DNA of 64,000 nt. Origin: Polyangiales bacterium. Its GTDB lineage: Bacteria > Myxococcota_A > Polyangia > Polyangiales > Polyangiaceae. Of this stretch, positions 30,406 to 40,133 are shown piece by piece. The stretch lies in NCBI GenBank assembly GCA_038230375.1, contig JBBRNJ010000006.1, forward strand, positions 134,394-198,393, read 5' to 3'. The notes beneath the pieces were generated by a model. The model had not been told where the DNA came from, did not search any database, and saw only the letters and a program-made list of their open reading frames with translations. Within the stretch, counting starts at the first letter, position 1; each line of letters starts with the position of its first letter. The translations under genes were made by a program, and so were the position numbers.

Positions 30406-30415
30406 GAGCAGCGCG

Positions 30416-32314
30416 TCAGCGCGGCTGCTGCGGCTGCATCTGCTGCGGCTGCATCTGCTGCGGCTGCATCTGCTGCGGTTGCATCTGCTGCGGCTGCATC
30501 TGCCGCGGCTGCATCTGCTGCGGCTGCATCTGCTGCGGTTGCATCTGCTGCGGCTGACGGTTTGGCTGCTGCATGCCCTGCTGGAACGAGTAGGCGGGCG
30601 CTGCGACCGTGGCGCTCGCATTCTGGAGCGTCGGCGCGACCGTGGTCTTCTTCGCGAGCGAGTTCAGGTAGACGAGCGGGAGGATCAAGAGCAGCGCGAG
30701 CGCCAGCACCGCGATCACGGCGCCACGCTTGCTGGACTCCGGCATCACCTCGGCCACCATCATCGGCTGCTGCGGACCTCCAGGCCCGGCGGACTGCTGC
30801 ATGGCGTTCGCTCCCATCATCATGGGCGGCATTCCCGCGGCCGGCGGCAAACCAGTCGAGCTCATCGAGCCCATCATGCCGCCGCCACCTGCAACGCCCA
30901 TCGTGGTGGGAGCGTCTTCCCACTCGATACCCGAGGAGGCAGGCAGCGCGGCGCCGCGCATGGGCGGCATGGGCGGGCGCTGTCCCATCTGCGATGTGCC
31001 TGCGGCCGGCAGGAGCGCATTCATCATGGCGCCCACCTGCGGTGGCAGCTTTGCCGTCTCGGCCAGAGGGTTGTTTATCGCAGCGGTGCTCGGCACGACG
31101 GGCGGCATGTGCGCAGTGCCAGGCCGCTTCATCGAGATACCCGATGATGCCAGTGTCAGCGCGTGATCGGCGCCAGCGGCGGGCCGCGCCATGGGCGGCT
31201 GCGGCGGGCGTGGCACGGGCGACTCGTACGAGTCGCGCTGCCTCATCATGGTGGGCGCGGAAGATGCGGGGTGATCGTCGTGTGCGTCACGCAAGCCGGG
31301 CCGGACCTGCGTGGCCTCGGACGACGGCGGGCCTTCGTCCTCGTCGTTGTCAGCGCGCTTGAAATCAAGGCGCGTCGCGGAGTCGACGGGCGCTGCAACC
31401 GCCGTCTCGGGCTCCTGTTCGAGGGCGTACCTGCGCCGCGCATCTTCCGACGCGAACCGCGAGAGCTCCAACATGAGCTCCGTGATCCGGCCATAGCGGT
31501 GGTCGGGATGGAGCGCGAGGCAACGGCGGATGATCGCATCGAAGCCAGCCGGCACATCCCCGTGAACGCTCCGAAGAAGCGGCGGCGCGACCGTGTGCCC
31601 GCGCTCGAGCACGTCGTGGAGCTTTCGCGCAGTGAATGGCGGGCGTCCGCTCACGAGCTCGAAGAGGATCACGCCGAGCGCCCAGATATCGGTGCGCATG
31701 TCGGCGTGCTGCCCAATGAGCTGCTCGGGCGACGCGTGCACGAAGGCACTCGCATGCTGCTCGCCACTGGACAGCGGATCGTGCACGGGGACGCCGAGCC
31801 CCAGGTCGGAGACCTTGATGAGCGGATTGCCGCGAGAGTCCTCCGTCAGGAACAGGTTGCCCGGCTTGAGCGCGCCGTGAACGAGCCCGCGGCCGTGCGC
31901 CTCCATGAGCGCGTAGCTTGCCTCGAGCACGTAGTCGGCCGCCGTCTGCACGGGTAGGGGCCCGTCGTCGCGCAGGAGCCGAGCCAGGCTCTTCCCGCGG
32001 AGGAGCTCCATGATGAGGTATGGTTCGCCGGTCTCCAGCGCGCCGACTGCGAAGACCTTCACGGCGTGCGCAGACGTCATCTGCGCCACCACGCGGATCT
32101 CGTCGACCAGCCGGGTCGGGCCGCCGCTCTTCTGGACGACCTCGCGATCGAGCAGCTTCATCGCGAGCTGCTGCCCGTTCTGAAGATTCTCGGCCTGGAC
32201 CACGACGGAGCACACGCCCGCCCCCAGCAGGTCACCGATGCGGTACTTGCCCGAGATGATCCGCCCCGCGCTCACGGACGCGAGCAGGGGGTTATCGGAT
32301 GCGGGGGCTTGCAT
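30416..32314 (-). CDS. Hanks-type kinase-like protein, probable pseudokinase, with TM and Q/M/P repeat tail
   Basis: Kinase fold (AMKLL, DIWALGVILFELVSGRPPF) but HRD replaced by HGA and DFG by DLG. Confidence 0.85.
   Translation of the reverse strand: MQAPASDNPLLASVSAGRIISGKYRIGDLLGAGVCSVVVQAENLQNGQQLAMKLLDREVVQKSGGPTRLVDEIRVVAQMTSAHAVKVFAVGALETGEPYLIMELLRGKSLARLLRDDGPLPVQTAADYVLEASYALMEAHGRGLVHGALKPGNLFLTEDSRGNPLIKVSDLGLGVPVHDPLSSGEQHASAFVHASPEQLIGQHADMRTDIWALGVILFELVSGRPPFTARKLHDVLERGHTVAPPLLRSVHGDVPAGFDAIIRRCLALHPDHRYGRITELMLELSRFASEDARRRYALEQEPETAVAAPVDSATRLDFKRADNDEDEGPPSSEATQVRPGLRDAHDDHPASSAPTMMRQRDSYESPVPRPPQPPMARPAAGADHALTLASSGISMKRPGTAHMPPVVPSTAAINNPLAETAKLPPQVGAMMNALLPAAGTSQMGQRPPMPPMRGAALPASSGIEWEDAPTTMGVAGGGGMMGSMSSTGLPPAAGMPPMMMGANAMQQSAGPGGPQQPMMVAEVMPESSKRGAVIAVLALALLLILPLVYLNSLAKKTTVAPTLQNASATVAAPAYSFQQGMQQPNRQPQQMQPQQMQPQQMQPRQMQPQQMQPQQMQPQQMQPQQMQPQQPR
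30426..30556. repeat. 15-bp tandem repeat (~8 units) encoding QQMQP
   Basis: Unit tgctgcggctgcatc on + strand with few substitutions. Confidence 0.95.
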
Positions 32315-32350
32315 TTCTCAGCATGGAGCGTCGCTGAACGACCAGAGATG

Positions 32351-34162
32351 TCAAGACCAAGGCCAGAACGGCAGAGCTTTCCACCTTGCGCGCTCCTCCT
32401 GAACAAATGCGCGGGCACCGCGGAACGCCCTTCTGAGAAGGGCGATGAGCGTGGCGAGGCTCACAGCCAGGCAGAAATAGGTCGTGTAGTCCTTGTACGT
32501 GACGTGGACGACGTTCTTCCCGGCGGGAACGTCCACGACCAGGAGCTTATCGAAGTTGCGGACGGTGCCGACGTCGGTGCGCCAGTGGTCGTCGTAGTTC
32601 TGGTTGATGCGGATGGTGGTCGCTGCTTTCGCGTCGACCTCGAGCGTGATCGCCTGCGGGCTCCAGTCCAGGCGCTTCACGGTCGCAACGGCAGGATCCT
32701 CTGGGTACTCCTCCTCTGCGAGGTCGCCGCGTAGCAGTGCGGACTCCGGCACCGGGTTGCCGGACACGCAGTAGAGCGAGCCCAGGTTCGCGGCGGTGAA
32801 GACGTGCGCGTCACGCCTGTTCCCTCGCGACTGCTTGAATGGCTGGTCGTAGGTGCGTGGCGCCTCGAGGACGTACATGCCGCCCGGGCGGATCTGCACG
32901 GTGGCGAGCACGTCCTCTGCAGGCTGCCACGCCAGCCGTGCGGCAACGGTGGCCGCGACGCCGACGAATGTGGCGATGGCGACGCTACGGGCCTCGCCGC
33001 GCATCACGGGCACGCGCCGCGCGATGAGATCCCACAAGGCGGTGAGCAGGCGAGATGCGGCGTCCTCTATGCGTGTGGCTCCGCGCGCGGCGGACACGCA
33101 CATGAAGAAGAGCACGAGCACCATGTAGCGCTCGGGGATACGGAGCTGCCCGAAGATGGGCAGCTTCTTGAGCAAGTGGAACGGCGAGTACGGCCCAAAG
33201 TCGCCGCACGCGAACGCGAGGAACACGATGGCGCCAAAGAAGAACATGCCCGCCACGCGGTCTGCGAAGCCCAGCGCGACGAACGCCAGGATGCACACGA
33301 GCGCATAGCGATCCCAGAACGGCGTGACGAGCGCGAGCGCGCTGTTCACTTCGACGGGCGTGAACACGCGCGGGAACTGCTTCAGGAACAACATCATGGG
33401 TACGACCTTCACGAGCGCGAGCCCGAGCGACGTGATGCCCATGATGGTGAGGCTGACGATGGGCCGCACAGCGTGCTTCTTCTCCTTGCCGAGCAGCGCG
33501 GTGAGCGTGAACACGATCGTCAGGTAGCCGAGCACCAGCAGCGTGAACGGCGTGGGGTACGTCCCCGCGGAGAGCAGGATCCACGCGATGAAGAAGCCGC
33601 CAAGCAGACGCCACCCCATCTTGTACTTGCCGTCGAAGCCATGGAGGAAGCAGAGGGCCGCCCACGGGATGAGCTCCATGCCCAGGAAGTTCACCCAGCC
33701 GTCGTGGATGAAGCCGATGAACTTCTCGCACGTGCCGAAGCACACTGCCGCGATGATGCCGCCGACGGCGCTGGAGTCGAGCTTGCGCGTGAGGCGGTAC
33801 ATACCCTCGAAGCCCATGACAGTGAGGAGGCCGAGCGCGATCCTTCGTCCATTTGCCACGCCATAGAAGATGCGCAGCCAGAAGTCGGGCCCCAGGAACG
33901 GATCCTCCGGGGCGCCCGCGCCCGCGGTGCCGCCGCACCAGTAAGGATTCCACATGGGGAGCTGACCCCAGCGGACGAGCGTCTCTCGATCGGAGGTCTC
34001 CCACGAGTAGAACTGGTGGTCGTCCATCCACTCGGCGAGCTTGTGTGCGTCCGAGAACAGGCCCGGGAACACGAAGCCCAGCACTGCCACCCAGAAGCAG
34101 AAACGGACGAGCGAGCTGCCGAACAGCTTGTCGGTCCAGCGCTTGGTCTCTGTCGCTAGCAT
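32351..34162 (-). CDS. Polytopic membrane protein, YfhO-like / GT-C candidate, paralog of 10845-12722
   Basis: GQLPMWNPYWCGG, LRIPERY, LLVVDVPAG; start placed at ATG 34162. Confidence 0.65.
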   Translation of the reverse strand: MLATETKRWTDKLFGSSLVRFCFWVAVLGFVFPGLFSDAHKLAEWMDDHQFYSWETSDRETLVRWGQLPMWNPYWCGGTAGAGAPEDPFLGPDFWLRIFYGVANGRRIALGLLTVMGFEGMYRLTRKLDSSAVGGIIAAVCFGTCEKFIGFIHDGWVNFLGMELIPWAALCFLHGFDGKYKMGWRLLGGFFIAWILLSAGTYPTPFTLLVLGYLTIVFTLTALLGKEKKHAVRPIVSLTIMGITSLGLALVKVVPMMLFLKQFPRVFTPVEVNSALALVTPFWDRYALVCILAFVALGFADRVAGMFFFGAIVFLAFACGDFGPYSPFHLLKKLPIFGQLRIPERYMVLVLFFMCVSAARGATRIEDAASRLLTALWDLIARRVPVMRGEARSVAIATFVGVAATVAARLAWQPAEDVLATVQIRPGGMYVLEAPRTYDQPFKQSRGNRRDAHVFTAANLGSLYCVSGNPVPESALLRGDLAEEEYPEDPAVATVKRLDWSPQAITLEVDAKAATTIRINQNYDDHWRTDVGTVRNFDKLLVVDVPAGKNVVHVTYKDYTTYFCLAVSLATLIALLRRAFRGARAFVQEERARWKALPFWPWS

Positions 34163-34169
34163 GACGGCG

Positions 34170-34844
34170 TCACCACGTGGTCCGGGGGTTGTGGGGCGGG
34201 GTCGTTCCCGCGAGCGGCTTTCCGTCGGGGCCCGGCCACTTCGCGCGGATGCCTTCGTCCAGCACAAGGTAGACCTGCGACAGCGAACAATGGTGACGCG
34301 CAGCGGCGGCACGCGCGGTGGTGCGCTCGATGTAGCCGCGATCGTCCTCGCGCGACCACGCGTGCCCATTCCAGGTGTTCTGGCTGATGCCGCGCGCGCG
34401 CTCCGCGATCTCGGCAGTCGCGAACTCGCGGAAGATCTCCTTGCGCTCGGCCTCGCTCAACCGGAACTTGTCGCCCGCGAGCTCCTCGCTCGGGAGCGGC
34501 GGCGGCGGCTTGGTGCGCAGCATGGGTCCGACGACACCCTGTGCACCCTTCGCGAGCATGACCGTGGCGACGAGCAGGACGGCGATGCGAAGGAACCAAC
34601 CGGCCCTGGAGGAAGGGCGGGATTCGAGATCGAGGAGGGAGAGGAGGGAGTCGAAGGAGATGGAGGAGGAGGACGACGTCGACAACGACTTCGACTCCGA
34701 CTTCGACGACGACTCCGACGTGGACAGGGGCGGTGTCTCGACCTTGGCTTTCTCCTCAGCCTTGGCCTCCTCGGGCTTGGCCTCCTCGGGCTTGGCCTCC
34801 TCGGGCTTGGCCTCCTCGGGCTTTTCCTTTTCCTCTTCGCTCAC
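34170..34844 (-). CDS. Hypothetical single-TM protein with EEAKP repeats and Ser-rich tract
   Basis: GTG 34844 overlaps the upstream stop (GTGA); TM WFLRIAVLLVATVMLA. Confidence 0.65.
   Translation of the reverse strand: MSEEEKEKPEEAKPEEAKPEEAKPEEAKAEEKAKVETPPLSTSESSSKSESKSLSTSSSSSISFDSLLSLLDLESRPSSRAGWFLRIAVLLVATVMLAKGAQGVVGPMLRTKPPPPLPSEELAGDKFRLSEAERKEIFREFATAEIAERARGISQNTWNGHAWSREDDRGYIERTTARAAAARHHCSLSQVYLVLDEGIRAKWPGPDGKPLAGTTPPHNPRTTW
34745..34822. repeat. 15-bp tandem repeat encoding PEEAK (~4-5 units)
   Basis: Repeated ttggcctcctcgggc. Confidence 0.85.
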
Positions 34845-37315
34845 GGCTTCTTCTCGATGTCTCGCACGTAGCCCCACTTCTTCATTCCAGCCATGAGCTC
34901 GTCCTGGTTGATCGCGCCGCCTCCGCTGCCTGCAACGCCTCCGCCGCCGGAGGAGGTCGCGTGGGCTCGCTCGAAGCTGAACATCACGCTACCGGGAGTC
35001 TGGGTGACGTGCTCCGTCTTCGGTACGGGGCAGTTCGTTCGGCCAAGGGCCAGGTTGAGGCGCGGTCGTTCGGGGTTCGTCACGTCCACGGGGAGCGCGT
35101 TGTCCGCGCAGCGAAGCATGAGCGGGCCCTGCGATATGTCGCCGCGGATCTCGATCACGCCGACCGTCTCTGCCTTCTCCTGGATCTCCACGCGCGTCCC
35201 GGTGAGCTCCACGGAGCGCGGTGTGCGCATGGCCGCGGGCTTTCCGTCCACCCATGCATCGAAGGGGCGCGGCGCGGTGATCGTCACGGTCACGCGTGCG
35301 GGAAAGGTCAGCGTGTAGCGGTAGCGGCCATGCGAGGCGTCGTCGTAGTAGGTGGCGTACCAGTCCGTGGCGCGTCGCCGCATGTCCAGCACCGTGGCTT
35401 CGTTCTGTCCGGCCACGTTCGTGACCTCGTAGGGATCCTTGCTGCGCGCGTAGAGCTCCTCCGCGGGGAATCGTCCCGTGGTGAACGGCGTGCCCATCAC
35501 AACGCGCTGGATGGGCACGGCCTTGTCCCAGATCGGTGTCACGTCGATGCGCGGCGCATACTGCGCGTAGGCCCAGTCGCCGCGCAGAAAGCGGATCGTG
35601 TTCGCCATGCCCACGCCAGCAATGAAGTCGTCATCCCAGTGCGCGGCCACCTCCGGTGCGGGGGACAAGTTGGGCGAGTCGAAGACGCGCGTGTCTGGCA
35701 GGTCGAGCGAGATCCCGTAGAACGACTCCACCGCGCGCAGCACCGCGAGCACGGAGATGTCGTCCTTGATGACTCCGCCGTGCGGCCTGCGTCCGGACTG
35801 CGGACCCTCGTAGGCAAGCACGAACGGCGCGCGCATCTCCTCCGAGTCCGCGCCCACACCGTGGCTCATGCCGCCTGGCCAGAGCCCCGTGAGCGGCGAA
35901 CGAAACGCGCGGTGCTCGTGCCGCATCGTGAAGCCGCGCCCGTGGTCCGACCCCAGGTACACCATGCGCGACGCGGTGGGGGATGCCGCGCGCTGCGCCT
36001 CGAGCGACTCGGACAGGAGCCGCGTGGACACCATCGCGTTCGCCCAGAGCTGCGGGAAGACCGCCGGGTTCAGGTTGTCGGGCGCGAGCCCTTCGGGGAA
36101 CGGCGGAGCGCTGGTCTGCGGCGCGGGCGGCCAGGGGAAGTGCGTGTTCGCCAGCCACCACATCGCGAAGGTGTCGTCGTACGGGTGCTCCGTCACCCAC
36201 TCCTTCCACCGCGCGGCGATCGCGTAGTGGTGATCGGGCATCTCGCTGTCGTAGCCGCCGTCCCATCCCAGGTACGAGTACGTCGGAATGATCGAGAAAT
36301 TGCCCAGAAACGCGAACGTCTGCACGCCCTCTGCGGCAAGCTTCGCGATCACGTTGTGCGTCACCTCTGGCGGAGGCTCTGCGACGGTACGCGAGATCAT
36401 CGGCTCGCCCACGTCGTTGAAGAAGCCTGCGCGCAAGAGGCGTCGCGAGTAGCTCGTGGTGATGAGGCCTGGCGTCATGCCGCCCTGGAAGTAGGTTCCG
36501 TTCTTCGCAACCCAGTCGCGAAGCCAGTCCGCCTTCGCGTCGCCCGCGCCCTTCAGGACCATCTGATCCCAGAGCGGCCAGGGCACGGCGTCGTACACGC
36601 TCCACATGACTTGCCGCGGTCCGCGCCCGGTGACCTTCTTCATCACCAGCGGGTTGCCAAGCCCCAGGCCCAGAGGCCCGGTGTTCTTGATCGTCACGCG
36701 CACCGTGCGCCCGTTGCGCGCAGGTATGGGGACCCGCACGTGCTGGAATGCGCGCCGTTCGTGGCCGTAGTCTACGGTGCGTTTCGGCTGGTCGATCAGC
36801 TCCGTGTGCCCCTTGAATGGCTGCGTGCCGAGCACCGTTGCGGGCTGCGCCGCACGCTCTTCCTCGAAGACGAGCTCCGCGGCGAAGTCGTGCGTCTCCT
36901 CCTCCGCACACAGGTACATGTCGAGCTCGGTGTCCGCCGCGGTCTCCGGCAGAACGAACGACATCTTCTCGCCGCGATCCAGGATCGTCCCGCGATGGAA
37001 GAACAGCTCGAAGAACTGGCCGCCGTGCTTGCCGATCTGGATGTTGCCGCCGCGCTCGCCGTCCGGCTGCAGGTCCTCGGTGGCACCGAACACGTCGCGA
37101 CTGCGAAGCGCGCATGACGGCGTCGTGCACCTGTCGAGTGCCCGATACTCCACGACGTAGGCGTAGGGCGCCGGAGGTAGGTCGGGTGCAGGCATCGTCG
37201 CGCTCCCTTCTACCAAAAAACGGGCGGGCTGGGCCCTGAAGTCGGCGACCACGAACCGGCTTCCAAGGTGCGCACGATGCGCGTAAAGGTCTTTGACCGT
37301 GCGGTTTTCGTACAT
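34841..37315 (-). CDS. Alkaline phosphatase/sulfatase-superfamily protein
   Basis: VMWSVYD, THFPW, GSDHG, EELY..KDPYEVTNV, MKKWGYV; start uncertain (37315 or 37195). Confidence 0.7.
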   Translation of the reverse strand: MYENRTVKDLYAHRAHLGSRFVVADFRAQPARFLVEGSATMPAPDLPPAPYAYVVEYRALDRCTTPSCALRSRDVFGATEDLQPDGERGGNIQIGKHGGQFFELFFHRGTILDRGEKMSFVLPETAADTELDMYLCAEEETHDFAAELVFEEERAAQPATVLGTQPFKGHTELIDQPKRTVDYGHERRAFQHVRVPIPARNGRTVRVTIKNTGPLGLGLGNPLVMKKVTGRGPRQVMWSVYDAVPWPLWDQMVLKGAGDAKADWLRDWVAKNGTYFQGGMTPGLITTSYSRRLLRAGFFNDVGEPMISRTVAEPPPEVTHNVIAKLAAEGVQTFAFLGNFSIIPTYSYLGWDGGYDSEMPDHHYAIAARWKEWVTEHPYDDTFAMWWLANTHFPWPPAPQTSAPPFPEGLAPDNLNPAVFPQLWANAMVSTRLLSESLEAQRAASPTASRMVYLGSDHGRGFTMRHEHRAFRSPLTGLWPGGMSHGVGADSEEMRAPFVLAYEGPQSGRRPHGGVIKDDISVLAVLRAVESFYGISLDLPDTRVFDSPNLSPAPEVAAHWDDDFIAGVGMANTIRFLRGDWAYAQYAPRIDVTPIWDKAVPIQRVVMGTPFTTGRFPAEELYARSKDPYEVTNVAGQNEATVLDMRRRATDWYATYYDDASHGRYRYTLTFPARVTVTITAPRPFDAWVDGKPAAMRTPRSVELTGTRVEIQEKAETVGVIEIRGDISQGPLMLRCADNALPVDVTNPERPRLNLALGRTNCPVPKTEHVTQTPGSVMFSFERAHATSSGGGGVAGSGGGAINQDELMAGMKKWGYVRDIEKKP

Positions 37316-38042
37316 CGTCCCCGTTCACAACGAGACGCGGCTCCTTCGAGAGAAGCTGGATGTGCTCGTGCGCGGGCTCGATACCCGTGGCGGCGGAGAG
37401 GCGCTCCTCGTCGAGAACGGCAGCGCGGATGCGTCCTGGCAGCTCTGCCAGACGCTCGAACAGGAGTACCTGGGCAACGCCGTGGCCGTGCGCGCGTATC
37501 GCGTGCCGGAGGCGGGCATCGGCCACGCCTACGACGCCGGGCTCCGCAAGATGCTCGACCTCCACCCCATCTCCGAGGATCACGAGCGCTGGGCAGTTCT
37601 CACCGCCGCGGACCTGCCCTTTGGCTTCACGGACGTGGAGGCCGCGGAGAACTACGTGCAGACTGCACGCATCATGATCGGCTCCAAGGCGCATCCCGAG
37701 AGCCGCGTGGACGTCAACATGGACCGCGCGCTGGCGAGCAGGGCCTACCGCCTCGCCCGTCGTACGGTGCTCGGCTCGCGTGTGGGTGACTCGCAGGGCA
37801 GCATCCTCGTGCGCGCGGACCTCGCGCGGGAGCTCGTGCCCTTGATCGCGGCGCGCGGCTTCTTCTACTCCACGGAGCTCGTCTATTTCGCGGAGCAGAA
37901 GGGTGAGCACGTGCGCGAGCTCCCGATCACGCTCGACAAGAACGAGCGCAAGAGCTCCGTGAAGCCCGTGAAGGATGGCGTGCGGATGATGGGGCAACTG
38001 CTCGAGCTCCGCGCCCGAACCCTGTTTCGCAGGCGGGCTTAA
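37293..38042 (+). CDS. GT2 glycosyltransferase, polyprenyl/dolichyl-phosphate glycosyltransferase-like
   Basis: SYIVPVHNE, VENGSAD, GIGHA, IGSK, DSQG, FYSTEL, ELPI; start 37293 or 37299. Confidence 0.8.
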   Translation: MTVRFSYIVPVHNETRLLREKLDVLVRGLDTRGGGEALLVENGSADASWQLCQTLEQEYLGNAVAVRAYRVPEAGIGHAYDAGLRKMLDLHPISEDHERWAVLTAADLPFGFTDVEAAENYVQTARIMIGSKAHPESRVDVNMDRALASRAYRLARRTVLGSRVGDSQGSILVRADLARELVPLIAARGFFYSTELVYFAEQKGEHVRELPITLDKNERKSSVKPVKDGVRMMGQLLELRARTLFRRRA

Positions 38043-38200
38043 TCGTCCGACCCTGCGGCCCGTTATCCCAGGTGTGGGCAGCCTCCGCATGTCAGGCAGG
38101 TGACCCGCAGAGCGCCAGACCGTTGACACGGGACCCCGTGTTTCTCGGAAAATCGGCCGTCGCGGCGTCGGCATCGCGCTTGCGAGAGTGTCAGGCAGCC

Positions 38201-38692
38201 ATGCACACTCCCCAATCCAACCTCCGCCAGTTCTCGAACTACGAAGCTCCCACCAACCGCTTCGCGCAGCTTGCCGTCAACGTGAACGCCGAGCGTCCGC
38301 GCAAGACTGTGAAGCTCGCGCGTCAGGGCAACCAAAACCCCGCGAGCGGCGGCCCGACGCCGCCGAAGAAGGAAGCGAGCGGCTCCGGCGTGCGCGCCAA
38401 GGTCGCCGCGCCCAGCTGTGACCAGCTGGAGCGCATGGCGTCCTTCGTGACGCTCTTCACCAGCATGCGCAAGGAGCTCGAGCACGTGCTCGACACGTCT
38501 CGCGTGCTCGTCCTGACGGGGCGTGTGCCCGAGGAGCTGGATGCGAACGACCCCGTCCTCACGTCCATGCTGCGCCTCGTGAACGGCGTTTCCTCGGTGG
38601 AGGATGTCATCGAGTCGTCGGGCCTGGAGCGCTCGCATGCCGTGTCGGTGCTCTGCACGCTGCTGGTCGCGCGGACGATCACGTTCGTCTAG
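38201..38692 (+). CDS. Hypothetical protein with C-terminal winged-helix-like segment
   Basis: LRLVNGVSSVEDVIESSGL...LCTLL; start placed at ATG 38201. Confidence 0.55.
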   Translation: MHTPQSNLRQFSNYEAPTNRFAQLAVNVNAERPRKTVKLARQGNQNPASGGPTPPKKEASGSGVRAKVAAPSCDQLERMASFVTLFTSMRKELEHVLDTSRVLVLTGRVPEELDANDPVLTSMLRLVNGVSSVEDVIESSGLERSHAVSVLCTLLVARTITFV

Positions 38693-38731
38693 CTTCAAAA
38701 ACCACACGAAATGCGCGAGACTCCGCGGGGC

Positions 38732-40132
38732 ATGAAGCCCCCCGCGAACATCTTCCGTGAATACGACATCCGTGGCGTCGCCGAACGCGACCTGACAGAC
38801 GAGACCGCGTACGCCATCGGGCGTGGGCTGGGCACCATGTTGATGGTCGACGGGAAGGCCCCGCGCCTTGCCGTTGGTCGCGACTGTCGCCTCTCCTCGC
38901 CGCGGCTCTTCGCGTCGCTCACGAAGGGGCTCATGGACTCGGGCGTCCACATCGTGGACATAGGCATCGGGCCCACGCCCATGCTGTACTTCGCGGTCCA
39001 CCATCTGAACACCGATGGCGGCGTGATGATCACGGGAAGCCACAACCCCGGCGACGAGAACGGCTTCAAGACGATGCGCGGCAAGGCGTCCTTCTATGGC
39101 AAGGACATCCAGGAGCTGCGGGAGCGCATCGACAAGGACGACTTCGTCGCCAAGGGTGTTCCAGGCGAGATCGAGATCCAGAGCGTCGAGGACGCGTACG
39201 TCGCGAACATCGAGAAGTCGTTTGCGCGCTTCGACAAGCCGATCAACTTCGTCCTGGATGCGGGCAACGGCTCTGGCGGGCCGCTGGGCCTGCGCGCGAT
39301 GAAGAGCATCGGGCTCGAGCCCTTTCCGCTGTTCTGCGACATGGACGGGACGTTCCCCAATCACCACCCCGATCCCACGGTGGCCAAGAACCTGGACGCG
39401 CTCGTCGCAAAGGTGAAGGAGACGGGCGCGCGCGTGGGTCTTGCGTACGACGGCGATGCGGATCGCCTCGGCGCGGTGGACTCGAACGGTGACATCATCT
39501 GGGGTGACAAGCTCCTGATCCTCTTCTCCCGTGCGCTGCTCGCGAAGAACCCCGGCGCGGCGATCCTGGGCGAGGTGAAGTGCTCCCAGACCCTCTACGA
39601 CGATGTGGCCAAGCATGGCGGCCGGCCCATCATCTGGAAGACCGGGCACTCGCTCATCAAGACGAAGATGAAGGAGGAGCACGCGCTGCTCGCCGGCGAG
39701 ATGAGCGGACACCTGTTCTTCGCAGACCGGTATTTTGGCTTCGACGACGCCTGTTACGCGGGCATTCGTCTGCTCGAGATCCTCGCGGCGGACCCGCGCT
39801 CCATCAAGGAGATGCTGTCCGACGTGCCTGTGACGTTCTCCACACCGGAGATCCGCGTGGACTGCCCCGACGCGATCAAGTTCGACGTCGTGCGTGCTGT
39901 CACCGAGCACTACAAGAAGAAGGGCAACAAGGTCCTCGACATCGACGGCGCGCGCATCACGTTCTCGGAGCCGCAAGACGCGGGGAAGATCGCGTGGGGT
40001 CTGGTGCGTGCGTCGAACACAGGTCCAATCCTGGTCATGCGGTTCGAAGCCGAGAGCGACGCACGCCTTGCCTCGATCAAGGCCGCGGTCGAGGGCGTCG
40101 TCACGGACGAGCGCAAGCGACTTGCACGCTGA
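38732..40132 (+). CDS. algC: Phosphomannomutase/phosphoglucomutase (AlgC-type)
   Basis: IFREYDIRG, TGSHNP, DGDADR, GEMSGH, VRASNT. Confidence 0.93.
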   Translation: MKPPANIFREYDIRGVAERDLTDETAYAIGRGLGTMLMVDGKAPRLAVGRDCRLSSPRLFASLTKGLMDSGVHIVDIGIGPTPMLYFAVHHLNTDGGVMITGSHNPGDENGFKTMRGKASFYGKDIQELRERIDKDDFVAKGVPGEIEIQSVEDAYVANIEKSFARFDKPINFVLDAGNGSGGPLGLRAMKSIGLEPFPLFCDMDGTFPNHHPDPTVAKNLDALVAKVKETGARVGLAYDGDADRLGAVDSNGDIIWGDKLLILFSRALLAKNPGAAILGEVKCSQTLYDDVAKHGGRPIIWKTGHSLIKTKMKEEHALLAGEMSGHLFFADRYFGFDDACYAGIRLLEILAADPRSIKEMLSDVPVTFSTPEIRVDCPDAIKFDVVRAVTEHYKKKGNKVLDIDGARITFSEPQDAGKIAWGLVRASNTGPILVMRFEAESDARLASIKAAVEGVVTDERKRLAR

Positions 40133-40133
40133 C

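Noticed and set aside
14564..30415. Cap-like operon as a mobile island
   Set aside because: No integrase, transposase, tRNA, flanking repeats or evident composition shift seen by eye
30426..30556. 15-bp repeats as CRISPR or a mobile element
   Set aside because: Contiguous in-frame coding repeats without spacers
34733..38174. Long ORFs 34733-37117 (+) and 35631-38174 (-)
   Set aside because: Antisense or off-frame to the sulfatase-like and GT2 genes; Arg/Ala/Gly-rich without motifs
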